In this document: positions 18,165-25,502 of the stretch, piece after piece | How the letters are laid out: the number at the start of each line of letters is the position of its first letter | Numbering within the stretch: the first letter of the stretch is position 1 | Assembly (NCBI GenBank): GCA_035940775.1 | Contig: DASZEN010000028.1 | Span: 12,869 to 76,868 of the forward strand | DNA: 64,000 bases | Reading direction: 5' to 3' | Origin: Pyrinomonadaceae bacterium | Lineage (GTDB): Bacteria > Acidobacteriota > Blastocatellia > Pyrinomonadales > Pyrinomonadaceae | Position numbers and translations under genes: made by a program | Notes under the pieces: model-generated | The model's input: the letters and a program-made list of their open reading frames with translations, nothing else | Database searches by the model: none | Told to the model about the DNA's origin: nothing

Positions 18165-18238
18165 CACGGTTGACGAGGGCTCGGGTTTTGCCTCTCCTTG
18201 AATCGCTGTTTCCGGCTTTTCGACATCATCGAAAAGGC
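18165..18238 (-). pseudogene. short pilT-like gene fragment in the ilvE 3' UTR
   Basis: The minus strand reads AFSMMSKSRKQRFKE, versus AFSMMSNRQKQRFKE in the intact pilT. The 46-nt segments 18196..18241 and 17649..17694 match at about 38 of 46 positions by hand alignment. Confidence 0.35.
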
Positions 18239-18248
18239 GGGGGGGGGG
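18239..18248. repeat. G10/C10 homopolymer tract
   Basis: Ten consecutive G on the plus strand, 23 nt downstream of the ilvE stop and directly abutting the pilT-like fragment. Confidence 0.9.
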
Positions 18249-18270
18249 CGGATGCTCCCCGGCCTTTCTC

Positions 18271-19368
18271 TCAATCGGAGGCGGCGGCGTGATAATTGAC
18301 CAGGGGCTCGTCATTGACCGCACCCGTGGAGGCGGCGGGCTCAGTGACGTGGGCCGTGGTTTTGTGGCCGTTGTTGCCGGGCTGCGACTCCTGCTTCTGT
18401 TCGTTGACGAAGGTGAGCCAGTCTCCGGGCGCTTCGCGCTCGCCGGAGGTGATCTCGAAGAAGAGCTTTTGAATGCGCGCCGTAATCTCGCCGCGCTTTC
18501 CCGTGCCGACCGTGATGCGATCGACCGAGCGGATCGGCGTTATCTCGGCCGCCGTGCCCGAGAAGAATAGCTCGTCGGCCACGTAGAGCGCGGCGCGTTG
18601 AATGCCCGTTTCGGCGACCGGAATGCCAAGTTCGCGGCATATCTGTACGACGCTGTCGCGCGTGATGCCGGGCAGGATAGAGGATGAAAGCGGCGGTGTA
18701 ATCACCCTGCCGTCGTGAACCAGGAAGATGTTCTCGCCCGAGCCTTCCGAGACGAACCCGCGATCATCGAGCGCGATGCCCTCCGCGAAACCGTTCAGCA
18801 GAGCCTCCATCTTAATCAACTGCGAGTTCATGTAGTTGGCCCCGCTTTTGGCCATCGCGGGCATGGAGTTCGGCGTCAGGCGATTCCAGGTCGAAACCTG
18901 CACGTCGACGCCCTGCTCAAGAGCTTCGTCGCCGAGGTATTTTCCCCAATCCCACGCGCCGATGTAACACGCCAGCGGGTTCGGGAACGGGTTGACGCCG
19001 AATGCCGGATGCTCTTCGTCGAGGCTGCGAAAGATGATCGGGCGCAGATAACACTGTTCGAGTTTACTGCGGCGCACCAGCTCGACACAGGCGGCGGAAA
19101 GTTGTTCGCCCGTCCACCCGTGCTCCATACGATAAATCTTGGCCGAGTTTATGAGCCGCTGCATGTGCTCGCGCAGACGAAAGACGGCAGGGCCACGCTT
19201 CGTCTTATAACAGCGTATGCCCTCGAAGACGCTCGAACCGTAATGCAGGACGTGCGACATGACGTGGACGCGCGCATCCTCCCACTTGATGAACTCGCCA
19301 TTATGCCAGACCTCCGAGGCGATGCTCGGCGTGATTACGTCCTTCACTCTGCCGTCTTTAGAAAACAT
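18271..19368 (-). CDS. ilvE: branched-chain amino acid aminotransferase
   Basis: 365 aa of class IV aminotransferase type (VMSHVLHYGSSVFEGIRCY, AKSGANYMNSQL, PGITRDSV, SGTAAEITPI). An extra low-complexity C-terminal tail of about 50 aa is present. Confidence 0.85.
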   Translation of the reverse strand: MFSKDGRVKDVITPSIASEVWHNGEFIKWEDARVHVMSHVLHYGSSVFEGIRCYKTKRGPAVFRLREHMQRLINSAKIYRMEHGWTGEQLSAACVELVRRSKLEQCYLRPIIFRSLDEEHPAFGVNPFPNPLACYIGAWDWGKYLGDEALEQGVDVQVSTWNRLTPNSMPAMAKSGANYMNSQLIKMEALLNGFAEGIALDDRGFVSEGSGENIFLVHDGRVITPPLSSSILPGITRDSVVQICRELGIPVAETGIQRAALYVADELFFSGTAAEITPIRSVDRITVGTGKRGEITARIQKLFFEITSGEREAPGDWLTFVNEQKQESQPGNNGHKTTAHVTEPAASTGAVNDEPLVNYHAAASD

Positions 19369-19639
19369 GTTTTTGTTCTCCTTCGAGTACTTGTTTTGAG
19401 GGAAGCCGGGATAATTACAATTCTCCTTTACGTTCTAAGAAAACGATCAATAAGAGTAGGCTCCCACGGTCGCCTCGGCTCGCTGCTTGCTGGATAAGGC
19501 ACGATACCGTAAACGCGCGCCCGTTGGCAAGGCACGCTTTTGAGCGCTGCGCCGAACGGCCAAAGGCACAGCATGGTTTGCCACGGCCCCGATACGCGTG
19601 CAACGGCCCGGCAGACTCGCAGAAGAGGAATCGGCGACC

Positions 19640-19700
19640 GCCGTTTTGAAATCCGTTTTAATAGCGGTTTTGATGAATTTTGAAAGAAAATTTGAATATT
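19640..19700. promoter_or_regulatory. five phased (G/A)TTTTGA-like repeats in ilvE / beta-propeller divergent intergenic region
   Basis: GTTTTGA at 19643, GTTTTAA at 19655, GTTTTGA at 19667, ATTTTGA at 19677 and AATTTGA at 19689, giving spacings of 12, 12, 10 and 12 nt. This is the AT-richest patch of the 552-nt intergenic region. Confidence 0.35.
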
Positions 19701-19935
19701 CTTCTGCAACATAATCCGCCTTGCGCCTCGTATTACACGCACGGTCAAGCCGCGCAGAGAGCGAAAAAAGGGTCGGAGGAATCCTGACGCGCAACCAACG
19801 CGCGTCGCTGTCCCGAGACAGTCGTGAACGTCTGCCGAAGGGGCTTCACACGGCGCTAATCCTCGCCGCCGCGTCCTTAATCCGGCGTCACCCTTTGTTC
19901 AGTTTGATGAGAAAAATAGTATGAAGGAGATTTCG

Positions 19936-21417
19936 ATGACCATGAAACGATCATTCGCCGTGTGGCTGTCGGTGGTATTGCTGTGCGCAGGAATCGGTTC
20001 AATTGCCGGAACTCCGGGGCAGGCAGCGCCGGACGGCCTGCTCGGCACGTGGACTGGTCATGCGCGTTATGGCGATGAAAGCAAAGTGTTCTCGGTGCGA
20101 TTCGAGATGAACAAGGAGAACAAGCTCGTCATGTTCTTCAGCATCCCAGAGATGAGGTTTCGCAACCTCGGCCCCGCACCGCTCGCGCAGGAGGGGAACG
20201 AGTACAAGAACAAATATTTCAGCTTTCGCCTCGCGCCCGACCACCAGAGCATGACGGGCGGGATGTCTTTCGACGGCCATGATCTATCGCTCGAACTCAA
20301 GCGCGGCGAAGCGCCCGCAGACCCCGCGCCGCAACCCTTGCAGGGGCGCATAGCCCGGCCCGTCTGGACTTTTAAAAGCGGAGGCCCCGTCTGGTCTTCG
20401 CCCGCCGTGGCCGATAACACGGTCTATTTCGGCAGCAACGACGGCGTCATCTACGCCTTGAATGCTCAGTCGGGCAAGCCCCGCTGGCAATACAAGACCG
20501 GGGGGCGCGTCATGGGACGACCCACCCTCGATGGTCAATACCTGTATGCGCTCTCGGACGACGGGAATCTGTATAAGCTGAACCGGAAGTCGGCCAAACT
20601 CGTCTGGCAATTCGACACGCATGGCGGGGCTGTCGCACGCGATCTGCCCGGCCCCAAGTCCGAAGCCTACGACTATCAAACGTCTTCGGCCACGGTCGCC
20701 GCAGGCATCGTCTACATCGGCAGCGCCGACAAAAAACTTTATGCCATCGAGGCTGAGACCGGACGTGAGAAATGGCATTTCGACACGCAGGGCATCGTCC
20801 GCTCGACCCCGGCCGTGGCCTACGGATTGGTCTTCATTGGAAGCTACGATCACCACGTTTACGCCGTCGATGCCGGAAGCGGAGCGCCCCGCTGGAAGTA
20901 CGATACTCTTCAGGCCGTGGTGTCGTCGCCGCTCGTCGCCGACGGAACCGTTTATATAGGCAGCCGTAGCTCCGACCTCTTCGCATTGGACGCCGCCACC
21001 GGGCGCGTTAAATGGAAATATTTCTACTGGTCATCATGGGTAGAGTCGTCGGCCCGTATGCGCGATAGGGTTTTGTACGTGGGCTCGTCCGACTACCAGC
21101 GTATGTTCGCCATCGACGCCGCCAGCGGCAAACCCCTTTGGAACATGGGCACGGATGGTTCGGCGTGGTCTAGTCCGGCGGTCACCGACAAGTATGCGTA
21201 CATAGGCGTCGTCGGTGTCGTCCCCTACTTCATAGAACACCACGGCGCATTCCTGGCGGTTGAGAGCGCCACGGGAAAGATCGCCTGGCGCTTCCCTATG
21301 AGCGCGATTCCGGGCTCCGTAACCTATGGCGTAGCTTCGTCGCCCGCAGTCGCCGAAGGACTCGTCTTCTTCGGCGCTCTGGACGGGTCGTTCTATGCGT
21401 TCCGGACAGATGGATGA
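19936..21417 (+). CDS. PQQ-like beta-propeller repeat protein (BamB-like fold), secreted
   Basis: Repeated motifs VYFGSNDGVIYALNAQSGKPRW, YALSDDGNLYKLN, VYIGSADKKLYAIEAETGREKW, VFIGSYDHHVYAVDAGSGAPRW and others are present. It has a signal peptide. Start placed at MTMKRSF (19936, AAGGAG 6 nt upstream); the ORF begins at 19921. Confidence 0.8.
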   Translation: MTMKRSFAVWLSVVLLCAGIGSIAGTPGQAAPDGLLGTWTGHARYGDESKVFSVRFEMNKENKLVMFFSIPEMRFRNLGPAPLAQEGNEYKNKYFSFRLAPDHQSMTGGMSFDGHDLSLELKRGEAPADPAPQPLQGRIARPVWTFKSGGPVWSSPAVADNTVYFGSNDGVIYALNAQSGKPRWQYKTGGRVMGRPTLDGQYLYALSDDGNLYKLNRKSAKLVWQFDTHGGAVARDLPGPKSEAYDYQTSSATVAAGIVYIGSADKKLYAIEAETGREKWHFDTQGIVRSTPAVAYGLVFIGSYDHHVYAVDAGSGAPRWKYDTLQAVVSSPLVADGTVYIGSRSSDLFALDAATGRVKWKYFYWSSWVESSARMRDRVLYVGSSDYQRMFAIDAASGKPLWNMGTDGSAWSSPAVTDKYAYIGVVGVVPYFIEHHGAFLAVESATGKIAWRFPMSAIPGSVTYGVASSPAVAEGLVFFGALDGSFYAFRTDG

Positions 21418-21478
21418 TTAGAAAGGGGATGCGCCGCGAAGGGAGCGCCCGCTCCTGTCAAACAACTCTGTAATCCGT

Positions 21479-21543
21479 CAGTGGTTCGGGTTTGAGATTA
21501 AGGGACGAGGAATATCGTTCTTAATTTCCAACCCGAACCGCTG
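21479..21543. repeat. long imperfect hairpin (24-bp stem) between beta-propeller gene and dipeptidase gene
   Basis: CAGTGGTTCGGGTTTGAGATTAAG, a 17-nt loop, then CTTAATTTCCAACCCGAACCGCTG. By hand alignment 21 of 24 positions pair. Confidence 0.5.
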
Positions 21544-21651
21544 CGGTTTATACGGGCTGCCTTGATTCTTACTCGTGGGCCAGCGTACCATCATCGCGCT
21601 CTGCGAAATTCTATAGCATCAAGACCGTTTCCTGATTTACGGTTTTCCGAG

Positions 21652-22929
21652 ATGAATCTGCGCGCGCGCAAGAAGAAGAAGAAGAGACTGAACGCTTCGC
21701 TTCTCGTGCTCGCCGTCTCGCTTCTCTTTAATAATTGCCGCATGCTGGAAAAATCCGAATCCCCGCCGCCGACGGCTTCGCCCGCGCCGCGCGCGAGCGA
21801 TCCGCTCTCCATACACCGGCGCGCCATCGCCGTGGACATGCACGCCGATACGACGCAGCGATTGGTTGACGAACGCCTCGACATCAGCGGTCGCCTCGCG
21901 GACGGACATCTGGACGTGGTGCGCATGAGGGAAGGCGGGCTCGACGCGCAGTTCTTCTCCATCTGGGTCGAGCCGCAGCTTTACGGCGGCGGAGGCCAGA
22001 GCGCCGTCAAACGCGCCGACGATCAGATCATGGCCGTACGCGCACTCGCCGAAAAGCATCCCGACATCTGGGAGCTTGCGACGACCGCCGCAGACATCCG
22101 TCGCATCAGCGGCGAGGGAAAGCTGGCGGCGCTCATGGGCCTGGAAGGCGGCTATGCGATTGACGAGCGCATCGAAAATGTCGAGCGCTATTACAAACTG
22201 GGCGTGCGCTACATGTCGGCGGCCTGGAGCGTCTCGACGACGTGGGCCGGTTCGAGCGGCGACGAGGTGGGACGCACGCGCGGGCTGAACGATTTCGGCC
22301 GTCAGGTCATAGGCGAGATGAACCGCCTCGGCATCATGGTCGATGTCTCGCACGTCTCGGACAAAACCTTCTGGGACATCGTCAATACATCCAGGAGGCC
22401 CGTCATCGCTACGCATTCCGGGTGCCGCGCCATCGCCAATGTCCCGCGCAATCTGGATGACGAGATGCTGCGCGCTCTTGCACGGACGGGCGGCGTCTGC
22501 TGCGTCGTCTTTTATCCGGAGTTCCTTGAGCCCGGTTGGAGCGAGAAGAAGAAGCGAGTCGATGCCGAGATCGCGCCGCTCGTGCAACGCGCCTCGGAGG
22601 AAGAGACGCGCTCTCCGGCCTGGAAAAAGATCGCGCGCGACCGCGTGCGCATTAGAGAATACGCGCGCCGCCTGCCCGCCGTCGGCGTGGCGCGCATCGT
22701 CGATCACATAGATCACATAGTCAAACTCGTAGGCGTCGATGCGGTCGGCATCGGTTCCGATTTCGACGGCATTCAGGCCGTACCGCAAGACCTGCGGACG
22801 GTGGCCGAGCTTCCAAACCTGACGCAGGAACTCCTGCGGCGCGGCTACTCGGAAGAAGACATAGACAAAATCCTCGGCGGCAATATCCTGCGCGTCATGG
22901 AAGAGGTGGAGAAGGGAACCGGACGTTGA
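21652..22929 (+). CDS. membrane dipeptidase, peptidase family M19
   Basis: M19 motifs: AVDMHADT, DVSHVSDKTFWD, ATHSGCRA and GIGSDFDG. Start placed at MNLRARKKKKKRL (21652), which has a signal-like segment; the ORF-track start is 21562. Confidence 0.85.
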   Translation: MNLRARKKKKKRLNASLLVLAVSLLFNNCRMLEKSESPPPTASPAPRASDPLSIHRRAIAVDMHADTTQRLVDERLDISGRLADGHLDVVRMREGGLDAQFFSIWVEPQLYGGGGQSAVKRADDQIMAVRALAEKHPDIWELATTAADIRRISGEGKLAALMGLEGGYAIDERIENVERYYKLGVRYMSAAWSVSTTWAGSSGDEVGRTRGLNDFGRQVIGEMNRLGIMVDVSHVSDKTFWDIVNTSRRPVIATHSGCRAIANVPRNLDDEMLRALARTGGVCCVVFYPEFLEPGWSEKKKRVDAEIAPLVQRASEEETRSPAWKKIARDRVRIREYARRLPAVGVARIVDHIDHIVKLVGVDAVGIGSDFDGIQAVPQDLRTVAELPNLTQELLRRGYSEEDIDKILGGNILRVMEEVEKGTGR

Positions 22930-24038
22930 CGAAGGGCACGGCTGATAAAGAGAGCGGGCGGCGAAGTAAAGAGAGCGGGAAGCCGAGCGCCGCGACGATG
23001 CGCCGCAGCCACACGCGAGACGCGCGCCTGAATCACGCCGCATCGACCAGCGGCGACGGCAATGGTGCGAGCCGGTCGAACGCCGACGACGACGCCGCGC
23101 GTGTTGAGAGCGCTTTGCCGCCCGTCGGCCCATCGCCAGGGGCCGCGCGAAGAGAGTCGCCGGACGACCGACCCGCACCGCCATTGCCGCCGCCGCGCAT
23201 AGGCATTCACGCGCCCATCGCGGGCGGTTTGCAGAACGCTCTCTTGAAATCCAGTGAGCTTGGCTGCGACGCCGTGCAAATCTTTTCGCGCAACCCGCGC
23301 GGCTGGCAAGCCAAACCGCTCACGGACGAAGAGATCGAACGCTTTCGCGCCGTTCGCGCCGAGACGGGCATCACGCCGGTCGCCATACATTGCAACTACC
23401 TTGTCAACCTGGCCGCCGCCAGTCAAGACATACTTGAAAAATCGCGCGCCTCGTTCCGCGAAGAGGTCTTGCGCGGCATCTCGCTCGGCGCGGATTACCT
23501 GGTGGTTCATCCGGGCAGCGCCAGGGGCTCTTGCGAGTCGGACGCCATACGCGTCTGCGCCGAGAGTATAAGAATCGCCTGTGACGGCATAGACCTCGGC
23601 GCGTTTCGCATCCTGATTGAAAACACGGCCGGGCAGGGCGAATGCATAGGCCACCGCTTCGAGCACTTGCGCGAGATCATGGCCGATTGTACTGAGCTTG
23701 ATTTGGGCGTCTGCTTCGATACCGCTCACGCCTTCACAGCCGGATACGACCTGCGTGATGAGGACGGGTTGGCGGCGACCATCACAGCGCTTGAGAGAAA
23801 CGTCGGCGCTCGGAATGTGCGCGCCGTTCACTTCAACGATTCAAAGGCCGACTACAACTCGCGCGTAGATCGACACTGGCACATCGGCCGGGGCCACATC
23901 GGCGCTGAGGCCCTGCGCCGCATCGCGCGCCACCCCGATTTGGCCCAGGCCGCTTTTCTGCTCGAAACTCCGCAGGACGAGACGGGCGACGATGCGCGCA
24001 ATCTCTCCGTGCTGCGCGCCTTCATCGAAGATCGGTGA
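22926..24038 (+). CDS. nfo: endonuclease IV with about 90-aa low-complexity N-terminal extension (start uncertain)
   Basis: Nfo motifs: IGIHAPIAGG, VVHPGS, LIENTAGQG, CFDTAHAF and VHFNDSK...DRHWHIGRGHIG. The ORF starts with a TTG overlapping the dipeptidase stop (TTGA). In-frame alternatives are ATG 22998 and TTG 23184, the latter just before the catalytic domain. Confidence 0.85.
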   Translation: MTKGTADKESGRRSKESGKPSAATMRRSHTRDARLNHAASTSGDGNGASRSNADDDAARVESALPPVGPSPGAARRESPDDRPAPPLPPPRIGIHAPIAGGLQNALLKSSELGCDAVQIFSRNPRGWQAKPLTDEEIERFRAVRAETGITPVAIHCNYLVNLAAASQDILEKSRASFREEVLRGISLGADYLVVHPGSARGSCESDAIRVCAESIRIACDGIDLGAFRILIENTAGQGECIGHRFEHLREIMADCTELDLGVCFDTAHAFTAGYDLRDEDGLAATITALERNVGARNVRAVHFNDSKADYNSRVDRHWHIGRGHIGAEALRRIARHPDLAQAAFLLETPQDETGDDARNLSVLRAFIEDR

Positions 24039-24199
24039 CGGCAATCGAAGCGAGAGACTTGACGGGCGCGGCCCCTTTCAAAATAAGTATGGCGGCTTTA
24101 GGGCGAAGTCAGTATTATTCCGTCGCTCTCAAAAAAGGGCGTACTTCGCCTCTGAAACTCTTAACCCCTCGCTAACTCTTTCCAAAGGAGACCTCTATC

Positions 24200-25000
24200 A
24201 TGCCATTAAGAGTGCTACGCAAAGGAATGAAGGGTAAGGATGTCGAGCGGTGGCAGGTTTTCCTCATCGGTCGAGGGTTCAAGGACAAGCTTTTGACGGA
24301 CGGCGATTTCGGACAGAAGACGCACGACGCGACCGTCGAGTTTCAAAAGCAGATCGGCGTGCTGGCCGATGGCATCGTCGGTAACAAGACCTTCGCCAAG
24401 GCCATGGAACTCGGCTTTGAGCTGGTCGAAGATAAAGAGAATACTGCCAACACGGGCCCGAACTTTCCGCCGCCCCCGGACTTTCCGCCGCTGGTGAGCA
24501 ACGCGGCCCGCGAAAGAGTCTTCGGCAAAATCGAGTTCAGGTCAAAACCACTCCCCGGCAATGCCGAGCATATCGTCATCACCAACGGGTGGGACAGGGA
24601 GAACATTGAAAAAATCGTCATCCCGCAACTGGCGGGCGTCGCCGGAGCACCGCACGACGGCGCTATCTTCTTTCACAGGCTGGCGAGAAAACAGCTCCTC
24701 GATATGTGGGCCGGGTGGGAGAAGGCCGGGCTGCGTGATCGTATCCTGACGTGGGGCGGCTCCTACGTGCCGCGCTTCGTGCGCGGTTCGCGTTCGACCC
24801 TGAGCAACCACTGCTTCGGCTCGGCTTTTGACATTAACGTGCAGGAGAATTTCCTGGGCTCGATGCCCGCCCTGGTGGGCCGCCGAGGCTCCGTGCGCGA
24901 GCTGGTTAAGATCGCCAACGACAACGGCTTTTACTGGGGCGGCCACTTCCCCAGGCGCAAGGATGGCATGCACTTTGAAGTGGCACAGGTGCGGTCGTAA
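24200..25000 (+). CDS. peptidoglycan-binding domain + M15-family peptidase (endolysin-like)
   Basis: The N-terminal PG_binding_1-like repeat is GMKGKDVERWQVFLIGRGF...DGDFGQKTHDATVEFQKQIGVLADGIVGNKT. The C-terminal M15 motifs are SNHCFGSAFDI and FYWGGHF...DGMHFE. No signal peptide. SD AAAGGAGA is present. Confidence 0.8.
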   Translation: MPLRVLRKGMKGKDVERWQVFLIGRGFKDKLLTDGDFGQKTHDATVEFQKQIGVLADGIVGNKTFAKAMELGFELVEDKENTANTGPNFPPPPDFPPLVSNAARERVFGKIEFRSKPLPGNAEHIVITNGWDRENIEKIVIPQLAGVAGAPHDGAIFFHRLARKQLLDMWAGWEKAGLRDRILTWGGSYVPRFVRGSRSTLSNHCFGSAFDINVQENFLGSMPALVGRRGSVRELVKIANDNGFYWGGHFPRRKDGMHFEVAQVRS

Positions 25001-25072
25001 GTAAAAATGAGAGCGAGGATGAAACGACTACCCAACGTCTCGCAGGATGGATGATCCGCCCGACGGGCCCGC

Positions 25073-25109
25073 CGGAGGCCGAACACCCGCATCTCGTGTT
25101 CGGCCTCCG
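25073..25109 (+). terminator. GC-rich hairpin downstream of M15 peptidase gene (no U-tract)
   Basis: Perfect 14-bp stem CGGAGGCCGAACAC / GTGTTCGGCCTCCG with a 9-nt loop. Confidence 0.35.
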
Positions 25110-25502
25110 CCGTCCCGGTCTTGAAAACGCCGTCTCAAGCCCGAGACCCTCGCGGCACACGGCCCGACGTTTCCGGGCATCTCAGTAGCGGTGGACTTCT
25201 ACGGACGAGAGAGCGAAAGATTGTCTTGGCAAGAGGGCGCGACCTGCATTAATATGTCGGCCTGATAGAGCAAAACGCGGAACCGGAAAATATTGATGAG
25301 ACGTTTTCGACACCCCATTAAGCTCCTCCTTAAGTTGCCGCTCGGCGACCGTTGCTAGTCATACGGTGGGCGACGCGGCGAAACCTTCATCGCAAATAAA
25401 AAGCATCAAAATTGATCGCGGCTTCGGATGAAGCTTGAGAAAGCTTCGTGCGTGCTGTTAGTGTTTACCATTCCAGGTAAACAAGCCAAAGGTATGCGAA
25501 TC

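Noticed and set aside
25110-25502. Long (~500 nt) region upstream of leuS, considered for a T-box or other leader RNA. A TTGGCA-17-TTAATA promoter-like pair lies at 25226-25254.
   Set aside because: I could not recognise a specifier loop or T-box sequence, or any known riboswitch core. The promoter match is weak. It is left unannotated pending an Rfam scan.
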